DNA from: the human T2T-CHM13v2.0 reference genome, Homo sapiens | Assembly: GCF_009914755.1 (NCBI RefSeq) | Contig: NC_060925.1 | Reading direction: 5' to 3' (one strand) | DNA: 64,000 nucleotides | Shown: positions 31,349 through 47,289 of the stretch, piece by piece | Position numbering within the stretch: position 1 is the stretch's first letter | Layout of the letters: every line of letters starts with the position of its first letter | Translations under genes and position numbers: made by a program | The notes under the pieces: generated by a model | What the model was told of the DNA's origin: nothing | Database searches by the model: none | Seen by the model: only the letters and a program-made list of their open reading frames with translations

Positions 31349-32390
31349 TAATCCCCATTTTGCAGATGAGTAAACTGAGGCCCAGAGATAGGATTAACTC
31401 ATCCAAGGTCTCATAGCTGCTGAGTGGAACCCAGGTGGTATTGGGGAACCTGAACTCTTTTCTAACCCCGTGAGGATCTGTGGTGGTGGCAGGGGGCTGC
31501 TGTGAGCCATCCCCACTCCCTTGTCCACATCCTTCTGAGACTAACAGCCTGTGTGTGCAAAATGGTGGCCACAGGCCTATGGGTATGGGCAGGGCTTGCT
31601 GGGCTGCGTCCTCGTCCCGACACTTCAGAGCCCCGCATTAGCCTGTAGCAAACACCTTCCAGATTCCAGCCCCAAAGGCTAGGGAGGCAGTGCGATCAGA
31701 GGATTGAGATTAGGCTTTAGGGTCAGTGCTCACTGGCTGGAATCCTAGTGTGGTCACCTTGTCCTCTTGCTTCTGTGACCTGGGGCAAATATTTGCTTCT
31801 CTGAGCCTCTGTTTCCTCATCCGTAAGCTGGGGTGTTACGAGAATTAGATAGAATAATGCTAATAAAGTGTCAGGCTCCATACATGTTGGTGTCTCTCTT
31901 CCTTTCTAGGGAAAGCCTTGGGCTTTGGAGGGGAGGGCAGGAATCAGTCCCAAAGGGTGAAGAAAGGGGAGGACATTGGACTTTCTGCCCTGGAAGGGAA
32001 GGATCCTGGGTTTTGGCCCCAGGGTAGAGTAGCAGCCTCTTTCTGTATCATCATCAAATTGTATTTAAGGAGCAATTTGGACAGGAGGCTGGGCAAAGTG
32101 CCTCCCTTTTTCCTTCTGTAAAATGGGTATAGGTCTTTCTGCTGCTTCCCTCCTGGAACTCTTGGGGCAGCAGAGCCCTCAGAGAAAGGCTGAGCAGACC
32201 TCAGAGGTTTTGAATGAGCCCACTGGGAGGGGGCCCTGTAGCAGGAGTGCCGTGCAGCTACAGGTTTGTTTTCCAAAATCCTTTGCTGAAGTAAAAGTTT
32301 AGTCCTGAGAGTTTTCAGCGTGGGTCTAAAAGGCACAGTCACACGCTTAGCAGAGAGTAACTGGTATCATCAGTCACAGTGAGAAATGCA

Positions 32391-32660
32391 GGCAGGTGTC
32401 AGGGTTCACATCTGTGATCCCAGCACTTGTTGAGGTCAACAAGGGAGGATGGCTTGAGCCCAGGAGTTTGGGACCAGCCTGGGCAACAGAGTAAGACCCT
32501 ATCTCTAGAAAAAATTTTAAAAAATTAGCCAGGCATGGTGGTGTGTGCCTGTAGTCCCAGCTACTGGGGAGGCTGAGGCGAGAGGATCACTTGACCCAGG
32601 AGTTCCAGGCTACAGTGAGCCATGATTGTGCCACTGCACTCCAACCTGGGAAATCGAGAC
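32391..32660 (+). mobile_element. AluJ-like, 3'-truncated with no A tail
   Basis: Dimer ends at ccactgcactccaacctggg and runs into old L1-like sequence. Confidence 0.9.
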
Positions 32661-33360
<700 letters not shown>

Positions 33361-33600
33361 CTAGAGTGTAGTAGCTGCTTCTAAGCACAGACTCCAGAGC
33401 CCCATGGCCTGGGTTCGAACCCTGGCTCTTCCTAGCTGTGTGATCTTGGGCAAGTTACTTAACCATTCTTGGTCTCATTTTCTCATTTATAATTTGGAAT
33501 AATAGACGTTAATATTTGTAAAGTGCTTAAAATTATGTCTGAGGTATCGTTGGCAATGCAAGAATGTCTACTGTTACTAATATTGCCATTAACCTGCATT
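33361..33600 (+). mobile_element. MIR
   Basis: cctgggttcgaaccctggctct...agctgtgtgatcttgggcaagttacttaacc. Confidence 0.85.
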
Positions 33601-34539
33601 TCATTTTTGTTTAGTAAGCCAGTTTAATAAAAATAAAGCCTTTAGGAATGGAAAGGAAAACAGGAACACAGCCGGTTTGTGGCCTGGGCAGATTAGACCA
33701 GGGGGCTGGGTGCTTTCCCTCCAGGGTGCATTCTCTCCTCCACAAGATGTCTAGGAGGACAGCCCCCAGTGCACAATTGAAGGTGACAGTAGGGAGCGGG
33801 GGCAGGGTTGGCTCCAGGGCCCAGGAAGCCCACCGGAGGCATCAGCCTTTTGCTTATGTGAGCTCCCACTGTGAGGGGAGGGCGGTGCCACCTTGGGCCA
33901 GGAGGAACTGTGCCCCCACGCTGAGCATTTGGGATTCTGTCCCTGTCTTATGCCATTGGCCTCTGGAGCCATTGCTTTCCTCACACCCATGTGCCAAGGC
34001 CAGGTTACCTCCTGCCTGCTGGTCAACCCATGGGGCAGGACAGGAAGAGGCAGAGTCAGAGTGGCCTTCAGCAGGGCTACCGGAAGGGACTGACAGGAGT
34101 GGGCAGACCTAAGGGAGCCCATGCTTCCTGGGCAGCCAGGAGGAGGAAGTATCCAGCCCCATTTGTGACAGTCAGGTGTGATCTGATTCCTGGAAGGTTG
34201 GGGGCTGAGCATGATCCTGGACTCTGGGGCCAGATTTCACCTGTAAGCCAGAGGGGATGAGGACGGACACCCAGCAGGTCCCTGCAGGTCCCTTGGCACT
34301 GGCAACAGGAAGGTCTGTGGCTGCAGGGTTTTCTGGGAAGAAGGATTTGGGCTGCACAGCTGCTGATGTTTCTATGGGTTAATGATTTATGAAGGCTGGA
34401 GGCTGGGGCCTTTCTGGGGCTGCCCTGTGCTCTGAGAGCCACTGGGCTGAAGCACAGGTTGTGAGCCAGTGACTTGTCTCAGTAGCTGAAACTGCAGCCC
34501 TGACTCCAGCTAATGCGATTTCTGGTCTTCTTTCCACAG

Positions 34540-34582
34540 GTGTGTAGCTGGGACGGTGCTGGTCTGAGCTGGACCTTGTCTG
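34540..34582 (+). other. ARHGEF10L: 5'UTR portion (43 nt) of the start-codon exon
   Basis: Acceptor tctggtcttctttccacag|G (AG 34538-34539); in-frame TGA at 34565-34567 upstream of the ATG. Confidence 0.9.
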
Positions 34583-34619
34583 ATGGCTTCCTCCAACCCT
34601 CCTCCACAGCCTGCCATAG
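34583..34619 (+). CDS. ARHGEF10L: First coding exon, MASSNPPPQPAI(G)
   Basis: ATG 34583 (ctgATGg); donor ATAG|GTACCG, phase 1, joins in frame to 41447. Confidence 0.93.
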
Positions 34620-34988
34620 GTACCGTACCCAGGGCTTCCTGTCCCTCTCATCCTTTCTTAGAAGGGGGCCGCTGGGGGCCGGCGGAGGGCCTTGCTCTGG
34701 AGCAGCATGGCGCCGGGTGGGAAGTCTGCTCTGCTGGCTGCTGGCCCTGCCTGGGCCGCATCCTCTATCTCACGTTCCTTGTCTACAAAATAGAAGTAAC
34801 TTTCTGCTCACGGAGGAGGCTCTGAGCAAGGGTCAATCCTTTTCCTGTCTCCCTGAGATCCGCCGGAGAGGTGAACACACGGGGGTCTCAGGCTGAAGCT
34901 TATAAATCAGGGGTGAGGAACTGAGGTTGGAGGAGAGGGTTGCGCCATAGGGTCAGGCCGTTGAACAGTGGTAGCATTGCCGCATTTA

Positions 34989-35330
<342 letters not shown>

Positions 35331-35340
35331 AAGAAAAATA

Positions 35341-35418
35341 CATACTTATACTAACAAAATTATTCGTCGTTTATCTGAAATTCAAGTCTGTGTCCTGTAT
35401 GTTATTTGGCAACCCTGG
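35341..35418. mobile_element. MER53-like hAT MITE, right arm
   Basis: catacttatactaacaaaattattcgtcgtttatctgaaattcaa...tcctgtatgttatttggcaaccct. Confidence 0.75.
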
Positions 35419-36931
35419 CACTGGGGCCTCAGACACTGCAGGTGGAATCCAGGCCCCGCCTGGGAGGAAATGGGCCCAGGGCTGTTTCACCCAGGCAGCA
35501 GCTTCCTGTCCTCTTGTATCACTATGAGAGAGGCAGAATTGCAGATGGTAATGAGTGAGGGCTTTGTCCTCAGCCCCATCTGAGTTTGAATCCTGACCCT
35601 GCCACTTAGACTGTGGGGCTGGTTAAGTGACATGTTGTCTCTGTGGCTTAGTTTCATCATCAGTAAACATGGGGACAATGATACCCTCTCCTGGGCTGTT
35701 GCAAGGTTTAAATATATGTCAGGCGTGGGCATGGGGTAATCAATTGCTCACTGACGGGAGTGCTTATCATCGTGGGTGTCAGCAGGACAGACAGCGTGTG
35801 CCATGCCCTGCACCCCTGGGAGAGCCAAATGATGCATCTCCTCCTCCCTGAGCCTCGGGGTTCTTCTTGGGCGGGGGGTGGGGAGCAGCACAGCAGACCT
35901 GTCTTCCCTGTGGCAATGGGTGGCTTCCTAGGGTCCCTCGCCTCCTGGACTCGCTTGTATTTTCTCACAAGGACCGGGTCTGTCCAGGAACATCAGAGGC
36001 ATGAGTGACCAGCTCTGGCTGTGCCACCTTTGCAGGCTATTAGGAAGGGCTTCCTTCAGCTCTCAGCTGTGCTGGGATGGGCCTCCTGAGTTTTCCTTCT
36101 GATAAGGAGCAATGCCTGATTGCCGGGGGGAGGATAGAAGGCGGCCTTGGAGACAAGCACATCTCACCTCCCAATTCATGACTGGGATTTGGGTCCCAGC
36201 ATGCCTGGCCTTGCCCCATCCCGCCCCTGCTGCCATGGGCACCTGTTCCCTTTCCTCTCCCCACCAAGAGGCCTGAACCTGAACATGGGGAGTGAGAAAA
36301 AAAAATTTATGACTAAGTCAATTCTGTTCTGTTCAGCAAACATTTGACAAATATTTGTTGTTCCAGCTCTTTCTAATATTGCTGGCTAGTATCATCTGGG
36401 TGAACCCAGCTCTTTGCCATTTTCTCATTCTCTGAGAGCTTCCCATTACCTTCCCAAATTAAATTCAAATTCCTGAGTAGGGGATTCCCCACGCACCTTG
36501 TCAACTGTCTAATGACCTTCATTCCTGCGCGTGTCTTCAGCACCCCCGGGGCACTTGGTGTTTGTTCTCTGTCTTTGCTGTGGCCTCTGCCTGGAATCCA
36601 CGCTTTAGTTGGAGCTTGTCAGGCCTTTTCTCATCCTTTAAGGCTCAGTGCGAGGGCAGCCTCATCCTCGGAGCCCTTCCTGAAGCCCCAGAGAGCCCCA
36701 GCCCCTTCCTCTTGGCACCGTCTCAGTCTCTGAGGTTTTTGGTTTTCTCCTGCTGGCTCTGTCCTGTCAGCCTCACAGTGAGCTCCGGAGGGGAGCTCAC
36801 AGTCACCCACCCCGAACCCCAGGACTGTGTCTTACCTTTCCTTCCCCCTCCCTGCCCACTGGATGCTGGGAGCTGCTCACTGCATGCATGGATAACTGAA
36901 GCTATTTGTACTCTTAAAGGGAGGAGGTGCA

Positions 36932-37210
<279 letters not shown>

Positions 37211-37811
37211 GAAGGTGTAGAAATGACCTGAGTCCCTGGACATGGCTGGGGGCAGGGTTGCCTGAGGCCGGGTCTTGCCTGTGAGTTGGAGAGGACTGCC
37301 CTTCTCACCCAGCAGCAGGGACTGGGCTATGACAAGGCTGTAATCATAATAATAACAGTGATAATGGTGGTAATAATACGACAGTGATGATGTAACGATG
37401 GTGATAATAATAAGCAGAATCATCATCGTCAGAAAAGCTAACATTTGGTGAGCACGCACCCTGCACCAGGTGCTTTATTTATGTTCATTCATTCCCTCCT
37501 CCCAACAACCCTGTGAGGTAGTTGCTGTTATTGACCTCATTTTAGAGATCAGGAAACTAGGAGGGGGTCAAATAACCCGACACTCATCCAGCTGGTACCT
37601 GGGTGAGCTGGAGTCTGAGCTGAACCCAGGTGGCCCGACTCTAGAACCTTAGTCACTGCAGTGACACCATCCACATATAAAGGGAGACCCCCACCCCCAC
37701 TCCCTGCCCAGCAGATTCACTTAGGCAAGGACCAGTGGGCACTGAGAGGCTAAGAAAACCCTGTGTAAGTCAGGATGGGCCTGTAGCTGGTACCCCCAAA
37801 ATAGTGGGTAG

Positions 37812-38331
<520 letters not shown>

Positions 38332-38359
38332 TATGTTTTAAACTTTGAAAATTACCACC

Positions 38360-38820
38360 CATAGACATGACAACAGGGGGACAAATGCTTATCACGTGCC
38401 TCCTGTATGCTGGACGTTACACTAGATGCTGAGGATGCAACAGCAAACAAAACAGACAAAAATACCTGCCCTCGTGAAGCTTATATTCGAGTAGAGGAGA
38501 CAGACAGCAACACAAATAGCATATGGCATCATATGCTGACAACAGCCATAGAGAAAGGTAAAGTAGGCAGGGCAAACCGGGAGTCTCAGCAGGTCTCTAT
38601 GGCAGCGTGCAGTAGAGATGCCGCAGCATGCAGAGAGATGATGCGCAGTAAAGATCTGAAAGAGGGGAGAGCAGGAGAAGATACTCGAAGGAAGAACGTG
38701 CTAGGCCCTGGGGCTGCGGGTGCAAAGGTCCTGAGGCAGGAGCATGCCTGGCACATTTGTGGTACAGGAAGGAGATCAGTGTGGCTGGAGTGGAGGGAGC
38801 AAGGGATGAGCAGAAGATTC
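38360..38820 (-). mobile_element. L2 fragment
   Basis: aaatacctgccctcgtgaagcttatattc; gtgcaaaggtcctgaggcaggagcatgcctggc. Confidence 0.8.
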
Positions 38821-38867
38821 TACGCACATGTGCACGTGTGCGTGCACACACACACACACACACACAC
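38821..38867. repeat. Alternating purine/pyrimidine tract ending in (CA)n
   Basis: tacgcacatgtgcacgtgtgcgtgcacacacac... Confidence 0.9.
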
Positions 38868-39953
38868 CCCTACCCAATGTGTATATGTAACTGAAACAGA
38901 AGTGTCAAAACCAATATTGAAATTATACCAAGGTGAATTCATTAGTATCACAATACATTATTTTTTAAACATCTGAAATAATTCAATACCAAATGTATTT
39001 TATTTGGTATTATAATATCAAAAAGATACCCCATATGATTTTATTAATATTAGAATACAATGTTTAGAAACATCTGAAACAAAACAAGCTATCAATCCAA
39101 ACACCAAATACAATGCTGATTGGGAATCCCCTAATTAAACTTATGAGCTACCAGGGGTTGGGAACTGCGTCCGAAAACCACAGATCCAGCTCCCACCCAA
39201 GCCCTTTCTGTCAGCGCAGGGCAGAATGTCTGAGGGCTTAGTAGAAGAGTATGGAGGGTGAATGGAGCTGGGTTCCAGTCCATCCCCATCCTCTTAGCTG
39301 CTGACTGTGGGCACATTGCTTTGCTTCTGTCTCTGGGGTCTTGGGTAAATGGAGGTGATCCTGAGGCTGGATCAGGAAGCTGCCTGGGGCACAGCTCGGG
39401 ATCTCTCAGGACTTGCTTCATGACACCTGGGGAAGGAGTTTGCTCTACAGGCCACATCGCTGCCCAGAGTCCACCCCTGCTGACCTGGCCTGTGGGATCC
39501 CCAAAGCCCCAGGAGGAGTGGCTGTGTCTCCTCCTCCGTGGCCTCAGAGGAAGTTGGGTACTTCTCATTCTGGGGAGGGAGGGCGTACTCTGGGCTTCCA
39601 TTGCAGTCGAGCAGCTGAAGAAGGGGTTTCTTACATCTGCCCCCAAAATATTATGCTCTGGGAACCTCCAGGTCATTGTAGGGGAGTGACTGGATTTTTC
39701 TAGTCCAAGAGACTGTTGGAATCAGATATGTCCATCTGTCCATCTGTTCATCTGCTGGACCATCTGCCCATCTCTCTGTTCCAGCCACCTCCTCACCCAT
39801 CACTCATCCATCCATCTAATGTTTATTGAGCATTTGCCAGGGCTGGGTCCGCAGACCCATGGGCTAGAAAATCCTGTTTGTCCTCAAGGATCTGCGGCTG
39901 TTGTTGTCATAATCCTTACATATACGGGCACTGTGCCGAGGGCTACTCCTACC

Positions 39954-40174
39954 CAGTGGTTCTCTGATAGTGGTGATTTTACCCTCCAGGGGGACATATG
40001 GCAATGTGTGGAGACATTTTTGGTTGTCACAGCTGGAGGGTCCCCTGGGCCTGTAGGGTGTAGAAGCCAGGGATGCTGCTAATCGTCCTACAGTGCACAG
40101 GATAGCCCCCTCTCCACCCACAAAAAGAATTATCCAGTCCCAAGTATCAATTGTACCAAGGCTGAGAAAACCTA
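39954..40174 (+). mobile_element. MER20 hAT DNA transposon
   Basis: cagtggttctc...ggggacatatggcaatgtgtggagacatttttggttgtcac...gccagggatgctgctaa. Confidence 0.88.
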
Positions 40175-41184
40175 AGCTGCAGCTCAGCTGATGTTCATGT
40201 CAGCCTTATGGGGAAAGTGCTGTTTTTATTCTCCAGTTTGCAGAGGAAACCAAAATTCAGAGAGGCAAAGTGACTTGCTCAGAACCACACAGCTAGCAGG
40301 GAGCTCAGACAGGGCCATGTGAGCGCAGAGCTCATGCCTAAGCTGTGTGTCATGTGCCCACGAGAGGGCTGCTTAGGGCGGTCAGCTTGGCAGATGTTTA
40401 AAAACAGAACCAAACTGCCCGTTGGTTTTGCAATGGTTTGCATAAGGTAGGGGATGGAGTTATTGAACTCCTGAAGTTCCATTCAGCCCAGAGTTTAGGA
40501 AGGAAGTCTTCTAGGAAGAGGACTGGGGAACCTCCATGTGGTGAAATGGCTGGAAATGGCTTCTCGTGCTCTCTAGGATAGAGAATTCATCCCTTCACTC
40601 ATGTAACAAAAGCCGCTGAGCTCCTGGTCTGGGCCGGTCCAGGACCAGAGAGTAGAGGGGACAGACAGGTGAGATGTCTGCTCTCAGGGATCCGAGCTTG
40701 GTGGGGAGTACAAACAAGGGGCAGGGGCAGAGAAGGAGAGGCCACACCTCCTGTAGTAGGGTAGGCGGGGACAGTCTCTCTGCTTGAGTTGAGCTTTAAT
40801 GGGAGAGGAGGACAGGAGTTCATAGTCACGAAAGGGGTTCCCCAGGAGGGTAAAAGCAGGGAATGAGGCCTAGCAAGCTGACCTCCATGCTGAGAGCTTG
40901 GTGCCTTCCCCTGCCCCAGCCAGTCTGTGCCCTAGTACCTGCAAGCTGGCTGCCTCCAAGTCCAGGCATTCCCAGGCAGCTGTGTTTCATGCTGCTGCAC
41001 GTACCAAATAAAGTGTAGTGGGAAGGATGCGCTGTCTGTGCTCATTTGCACACACAAAGCACACAGACACATCAACACACAAACATACAATAAGCTTGTG
41101 CTCACGCATAAACACACATGTAAAAAGACCCCTTGCTCACAAAACAGGGAAACACGAAATAAGAAGAGGAAAGATATACATTGA

Positions 41185-41847
<663 letters not shown>

Positions 41848-42432
41848 TAAATGGAAGTGGTTGGCCTGAGTTTTGCTTTGGAGACAGTTGCTGCCCAGAG
41901 CTTGTGTCTCTGAAGTCCTCCCTGCAGCTTCTCCTAAAGAATCCACACCAGCCAGAAGAGCAGCCTCCCAGAGGTCCCCTCTCCTGTCTGCCTTGGGGAG
42001 CTGGCAACCCTGGGGGGCAGGAGGGCCCTGATAAGCTGGTGTTAAATGGCAGCTTCTGGGCTCTTAGAGTCTGTTATCTGAGAGAGAGAATCTGGGGACT
42101 GGACCAGCTGGAACTTCCTGCAGGCTTGGGGACAGCGGGCTCCTGGAGCAGCTGGGGGTGGAGGGCAGGCCCAGAGCAGGCAGGGTGGCTGCCACGGGTT
42201 CTGGCTGGAGTTGGGAAGTGGGCCACGGGGTGGGTGGGGGTGGTGCAGGCCAGGTAGGGGAGCTGATGACTGAGCCAGGGCTGGGGGAGGGAGGCGGGGC
42301 TCAGCAGGCACCCAGACTGGCCAGGCCCTGTCTGCGGTGCCCCTGGGGAGGCTGGGAAAGGGGCGGGGAAGGCCTGAGTGCCTGGGGCCAGCCTCTGGCC
42401 TGACAGGCTCTCTGTCTGCTCTTCTTTTGCAG

Positions 42433-42466
42433 ACCCAGACCCAGCAGCTGCTCCACCCGGCACAGG
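42433..42466 (+). CDS. ARHGEF10L: 34-nt coding exon, (D)PDPAAAPPGT(G)
   Basis: Acceptor ctctctgtctgctcttcttttgcag|AC; donor CAGG|GTAAGT; phase 1-2, needed to keep frame between flanking exons. Confidence 0.94.
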
Positions 42467-42834
42467 GTAAGTGAACCTTGCTCCTTTGCTTTGGCGGTTG
42501 GAAACAGGGAGACACCGGGCAGTGGGTGGGGATGGGGTGGAGCTGAGGCCCAGAGGACCCGACTGGTCTTTGGCTAAGGAGGAAAGCATTTCACTGAGGC
42601 CCTGTGCCCTGGGGGAAGAGGTCAGTTCCAGAAACTCATGGTACTTTTTCCTTTATTTTGCCCACAAACCTCTGAAACCGCAGGAGGCAGGCCTGGCTCC
42701 AAACCCTACCTCTGTGGCCTTGGAGGAGTCACAGAAACTCTCCAAGTGTCAGTCTGTTTGCGGCTGAAGGGGAAACAATGAGAGCACCCCCTCTGTTGGG
42801 TTTGTCTTGGAGAAGCAAACAGCTGGAGGGTCCC

Positions 42835-42836
<2 letters not shown>

Positions 42837-42886
<50 letters not shown>
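42837..42886 (+). repeat. (GT)25 microsatellite
   Basis: Perfect 50-bp GT run. Confidence 0.98.
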
Positions 42887-42888
<2 letters not shown>

Positions 42889-44691
42889 TGGGGGAGGTTG
42901 GGGGGGTTTGAGGGTGGGGGGGGTGCAGCCCATTGTAATTATTTTTGCAGTTGCCATTTGTCTTGTTAATATCATTCCCATTCCTATGACAGTTGCTATT
43001 AGGGACCCTGCCCTCTGTGCCTGGGAGCCTGTCAGAGGCAGTGTAGCCTAGTGGTTAGGAGCCTGGATGTTGGGGTGAGGGCCTGCGTCTTGGCTGTGGC
43101 CCCCACACTGGCCACAGGTCCTCATGTCAGTCAAGTCCCCCTTTGGTTTTCTCATCTGTAAAATGGGCTATCGGGTAAGATGCCCAGCCTCGTGGTAGGT
43201 GCCTAATCAAGGCATTTGCTTTTTATCACAGTTCTTCTTTGTCTTCTGCAAGTCAGGTCTGGGTTGGAAGGGTAATTGGGTAACTGGAGGTGGTGGGAGC
43301 TGAGGCCTCTCAGGACCAGGTGTTTAGAGCCTCCTTGCCTAAGCAGTGGAGGGGTCTAGGCTCCAAATGAATGGCCCAAGCATCTGGAACCCTGAGTTTA
43401 AATCCTCACTACCCTGGTGAGGGGAGGCATGTCTGAGCCCTGCTTTGTCTTCCTGGGGTGCCCCAAACTGAGCAAGAGGGGCTAATTCTCAGGGTGGTGT
43501 CACCCAACGGGAGGTTTCAGAGATGCAGGTTGCAGGCCCAGGCCCCCAGAGGAGAAGTCCTTCATGTGCTCATTTGCTGTCCAGAGTGGGTGGACTTGGG
43601 GAGGGTTTCTCCTGAGCTTGCTACTATGTAATTAAGGTGAGAATTAGAGGCCAGCCTCTCCTTCCTGATTAGGGACCTGAAATGAATCAGCAGCCATTCG
43701 TCCTGCACCTGGGCTGGGAAGGGCCGTGATGGCTGCAGTCTTCCAAGGGTTTATATCTCCAGGGTGGGCCAGGGGTGAAGTTGTGGAGAAACTCAGTCTG
43801 GTGGGAGATGCAGATGCGTCAGAGTGGGACAGAGACGGACGCCCAGGGAGCTGGGACACTGACTGGAGGGGAGCAAGGATGGGGTCGTCAGGGAAGACTT
43901 CTGGGCCAGGTCCTGGCTCAGCGAGTGAATGGAAATTCTCCATTCAGGATGGCAGAGGGGCAGGGGGAGTGCCTGCTGAGGAAGCCCCTGAGCAGAGGTA
44001 CAGGGCTGGCACACAGGGTGGTCAGCACACTCACTTCCTTCAAGCTACCCTCTTGGAGACCCCAGGAGTTAGGTGATGTGCTCAGGGTTCCATGTAGATA
44101 AGTAGATGCTCATTCAGAAGAGAGACCAAGGCCCCTCTGACACCGAGGCCAGGCGCTGGGCCACCGTGCTTCTCTGCCTCCAGGAGCTCATGCGCTGGTC
44201 CCTGATGAGAGGGTGTGGCTGGCTTCATAGGAATGATCTGATTGTGTGTACATTTTTTGAGGAAAGATTTTTGCCCACTCAGAGATGATCTCTGAGCTCT
44301 TGGGAGAGTGGCGTCTAAGCAGTCGGTGGAATGTTCCATAGGTCCCTCCCGGGGAGGCTTGTGCGGCAGTGCCTGGTGTGTGATTCCTGGTGAGGTCCCT
44401 TCCCTTGACATGAGAGCAGAGCAAAAAGAGCCGGCTCTTCGCTCCCCCAACACAGAGATCTTGTGAGGGCGGAGGGGTGTGCAGGTGTGTCTCTCCACCA
44501 GCAGTTGCCTCTATGGGGACAGGGACTTTTTGATTTTTTGGAGGGGGATGTTTTGTTTGCTGCCAAACCTCATGGCTTAAGTGGCAGGCACGGGGTGAGT
44601 GCCAAAGACGTCCTTGGTGAACGAATGATGGACAGAAGGACAAGGAGGGTCTGTGTTCCATGGAAGCAAGGAGAAAGCAAACAGCATGTCA

Positions 44692-45034
<343 letters not shown>

Positions 45035-45194
45035 AAATGAATGGCATGTCAATAGGGTTTCTATTGGATTCTGACTCTGGCAGCTGTAGAGGCCAAGACA
45101 GAGGCCAGGGAAGGGAAGCGCAGAGTGGTTGTGTGGCCCAAGGCCACATGGCTAGAGCCACCTGACCTCACTGGTGCTGATGGTGCTGTGCTGA

Positions 45195-45883
<689 letters not shown>

Positions 45884-47289
45884 TGAATATGCCCATTTTG
45901 CAGATGAGCAGCTGAGGCTTAGAGAACTGAAGTAATTTACCCAAATCTCATGGAGCTAGTAAATGGCAGGGCTGGGACTAGGCCTGTCTGCCCTCAAAGC
46001 TGTCTACTGAGGCCCACAGGGTTTGCTTCTCCTGGTGGACTCTGAAGCACGTGCACTCATGTCCACCCTGAGCTCTCGCTGGGGGAGTCGTGGTTGAAAG
46101 AGCAGCCCTGAGTACCCAGCAGTGCCTGGGAAACGTGAGCGCCACAGATCGCTGGCTTCCTGTGTTTTTCCTGGACTCAGGCCTGCACCCCTCACCTCTG
46201 AGTGCAATAGCCCCATGGACTCTGGCCCCCTCTGGAGTTGTTTGCTTTTCCTGTTTAGTTTTGCCTTTATCCCCCTGTGACCTCAGCACTTTTCTGTGGG
46301 TCAGGGTTTTGGCTCCTGGCCCTGGTCGCAGGGATTCTCATGGGCTCCCTGAAGGTACCTGGCCTACCCCTTCCTGGGCTTTTCTGGATAAGATGGTTGT
46401 ACTGCCTGTTGGCTAGTGTCTCTCATTGGGGCCTGGAGCCAGGGGAAGTGATGGGGCAGCCGTATTCTGGGAGAGGACAGGGAGACTCATCTTCCCTGGA
46501 TGTATCAGGGGCTGAGAGGATCAGGCCAAGAGGAGACCAGGCTCAGCAAAGCAGTATTGGCACAGGATGGAAACAGGGCGCTGGTGGCCTGTGGCTTCTG
46601 AGACTGCTAGGTGTGGGGGACATAGGGGCTCATGGGAAGGGCAGGTCAGCAAGGCCGGAGTGGGTCCGCAGCGTCTGGAGGAAATCTTCAAGATTTTCCA
46701 GATTGCCGCAGACCTAGTCTGGAGTCGTTTGGAATCCTGGGCTTCTCCTTACATGTGCTGTTTCCCAAATCCGGAACATTTGAGCCTCCTGCGTCCTGTC
46801 CCGCAGGGTCCATGCGGGACGTGAGGCATGGCAGATACCGGCTCTCCGCCCATGGAGTCCCCCATGGGAGGGTTATGGGGACCAGGTCTTTCTTTCCATT
46901 AAAAATCTTTCTTTAAAGGTCCCTTGCCAAATCCATAAATTGGACAAGCTGGTTTTTGTGTTTTCTTTCCTTCTTTTCCTTCTCCGAGGGTAGAAACAAG
47001 GGCTCCCAGTTTCCAATCAGAGCCAGGACCTTTGGATCCCAGGCCCTTTGAGGACCCCCACAGCCTCTTCATTGAAGAAGGCACTTGCAGGGTACCTGGT
47101 TGGCACATCTCTTCATGGTATAAATATGCCTTCAAGGAATCCTGTGACGTTCCTCCCTGCATCCCTGCAGCGGTGGGACTCTGCCTCACTCGTTTTTTAT
47201 CCCAGTGCCTGGCAGAGATGGTGCAACAATACTAACAGCCTACACGTGCACGGACTTTACAGTTTACATCTCATTTTGATTCTCACAAC

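Noticed and set aside
34620-34825. Read-through of the start-codon ORF into the intron (likewise 41633-41850 and 57577-57704)
   Set aside because: Splice donors lie at the points where the spliced frame continues into the next exon; the remainder is intron
38407-38976. 189-aa ORF
   Set aside because: Spans antisense L2, a (CA)n tract and an AT-rich relic
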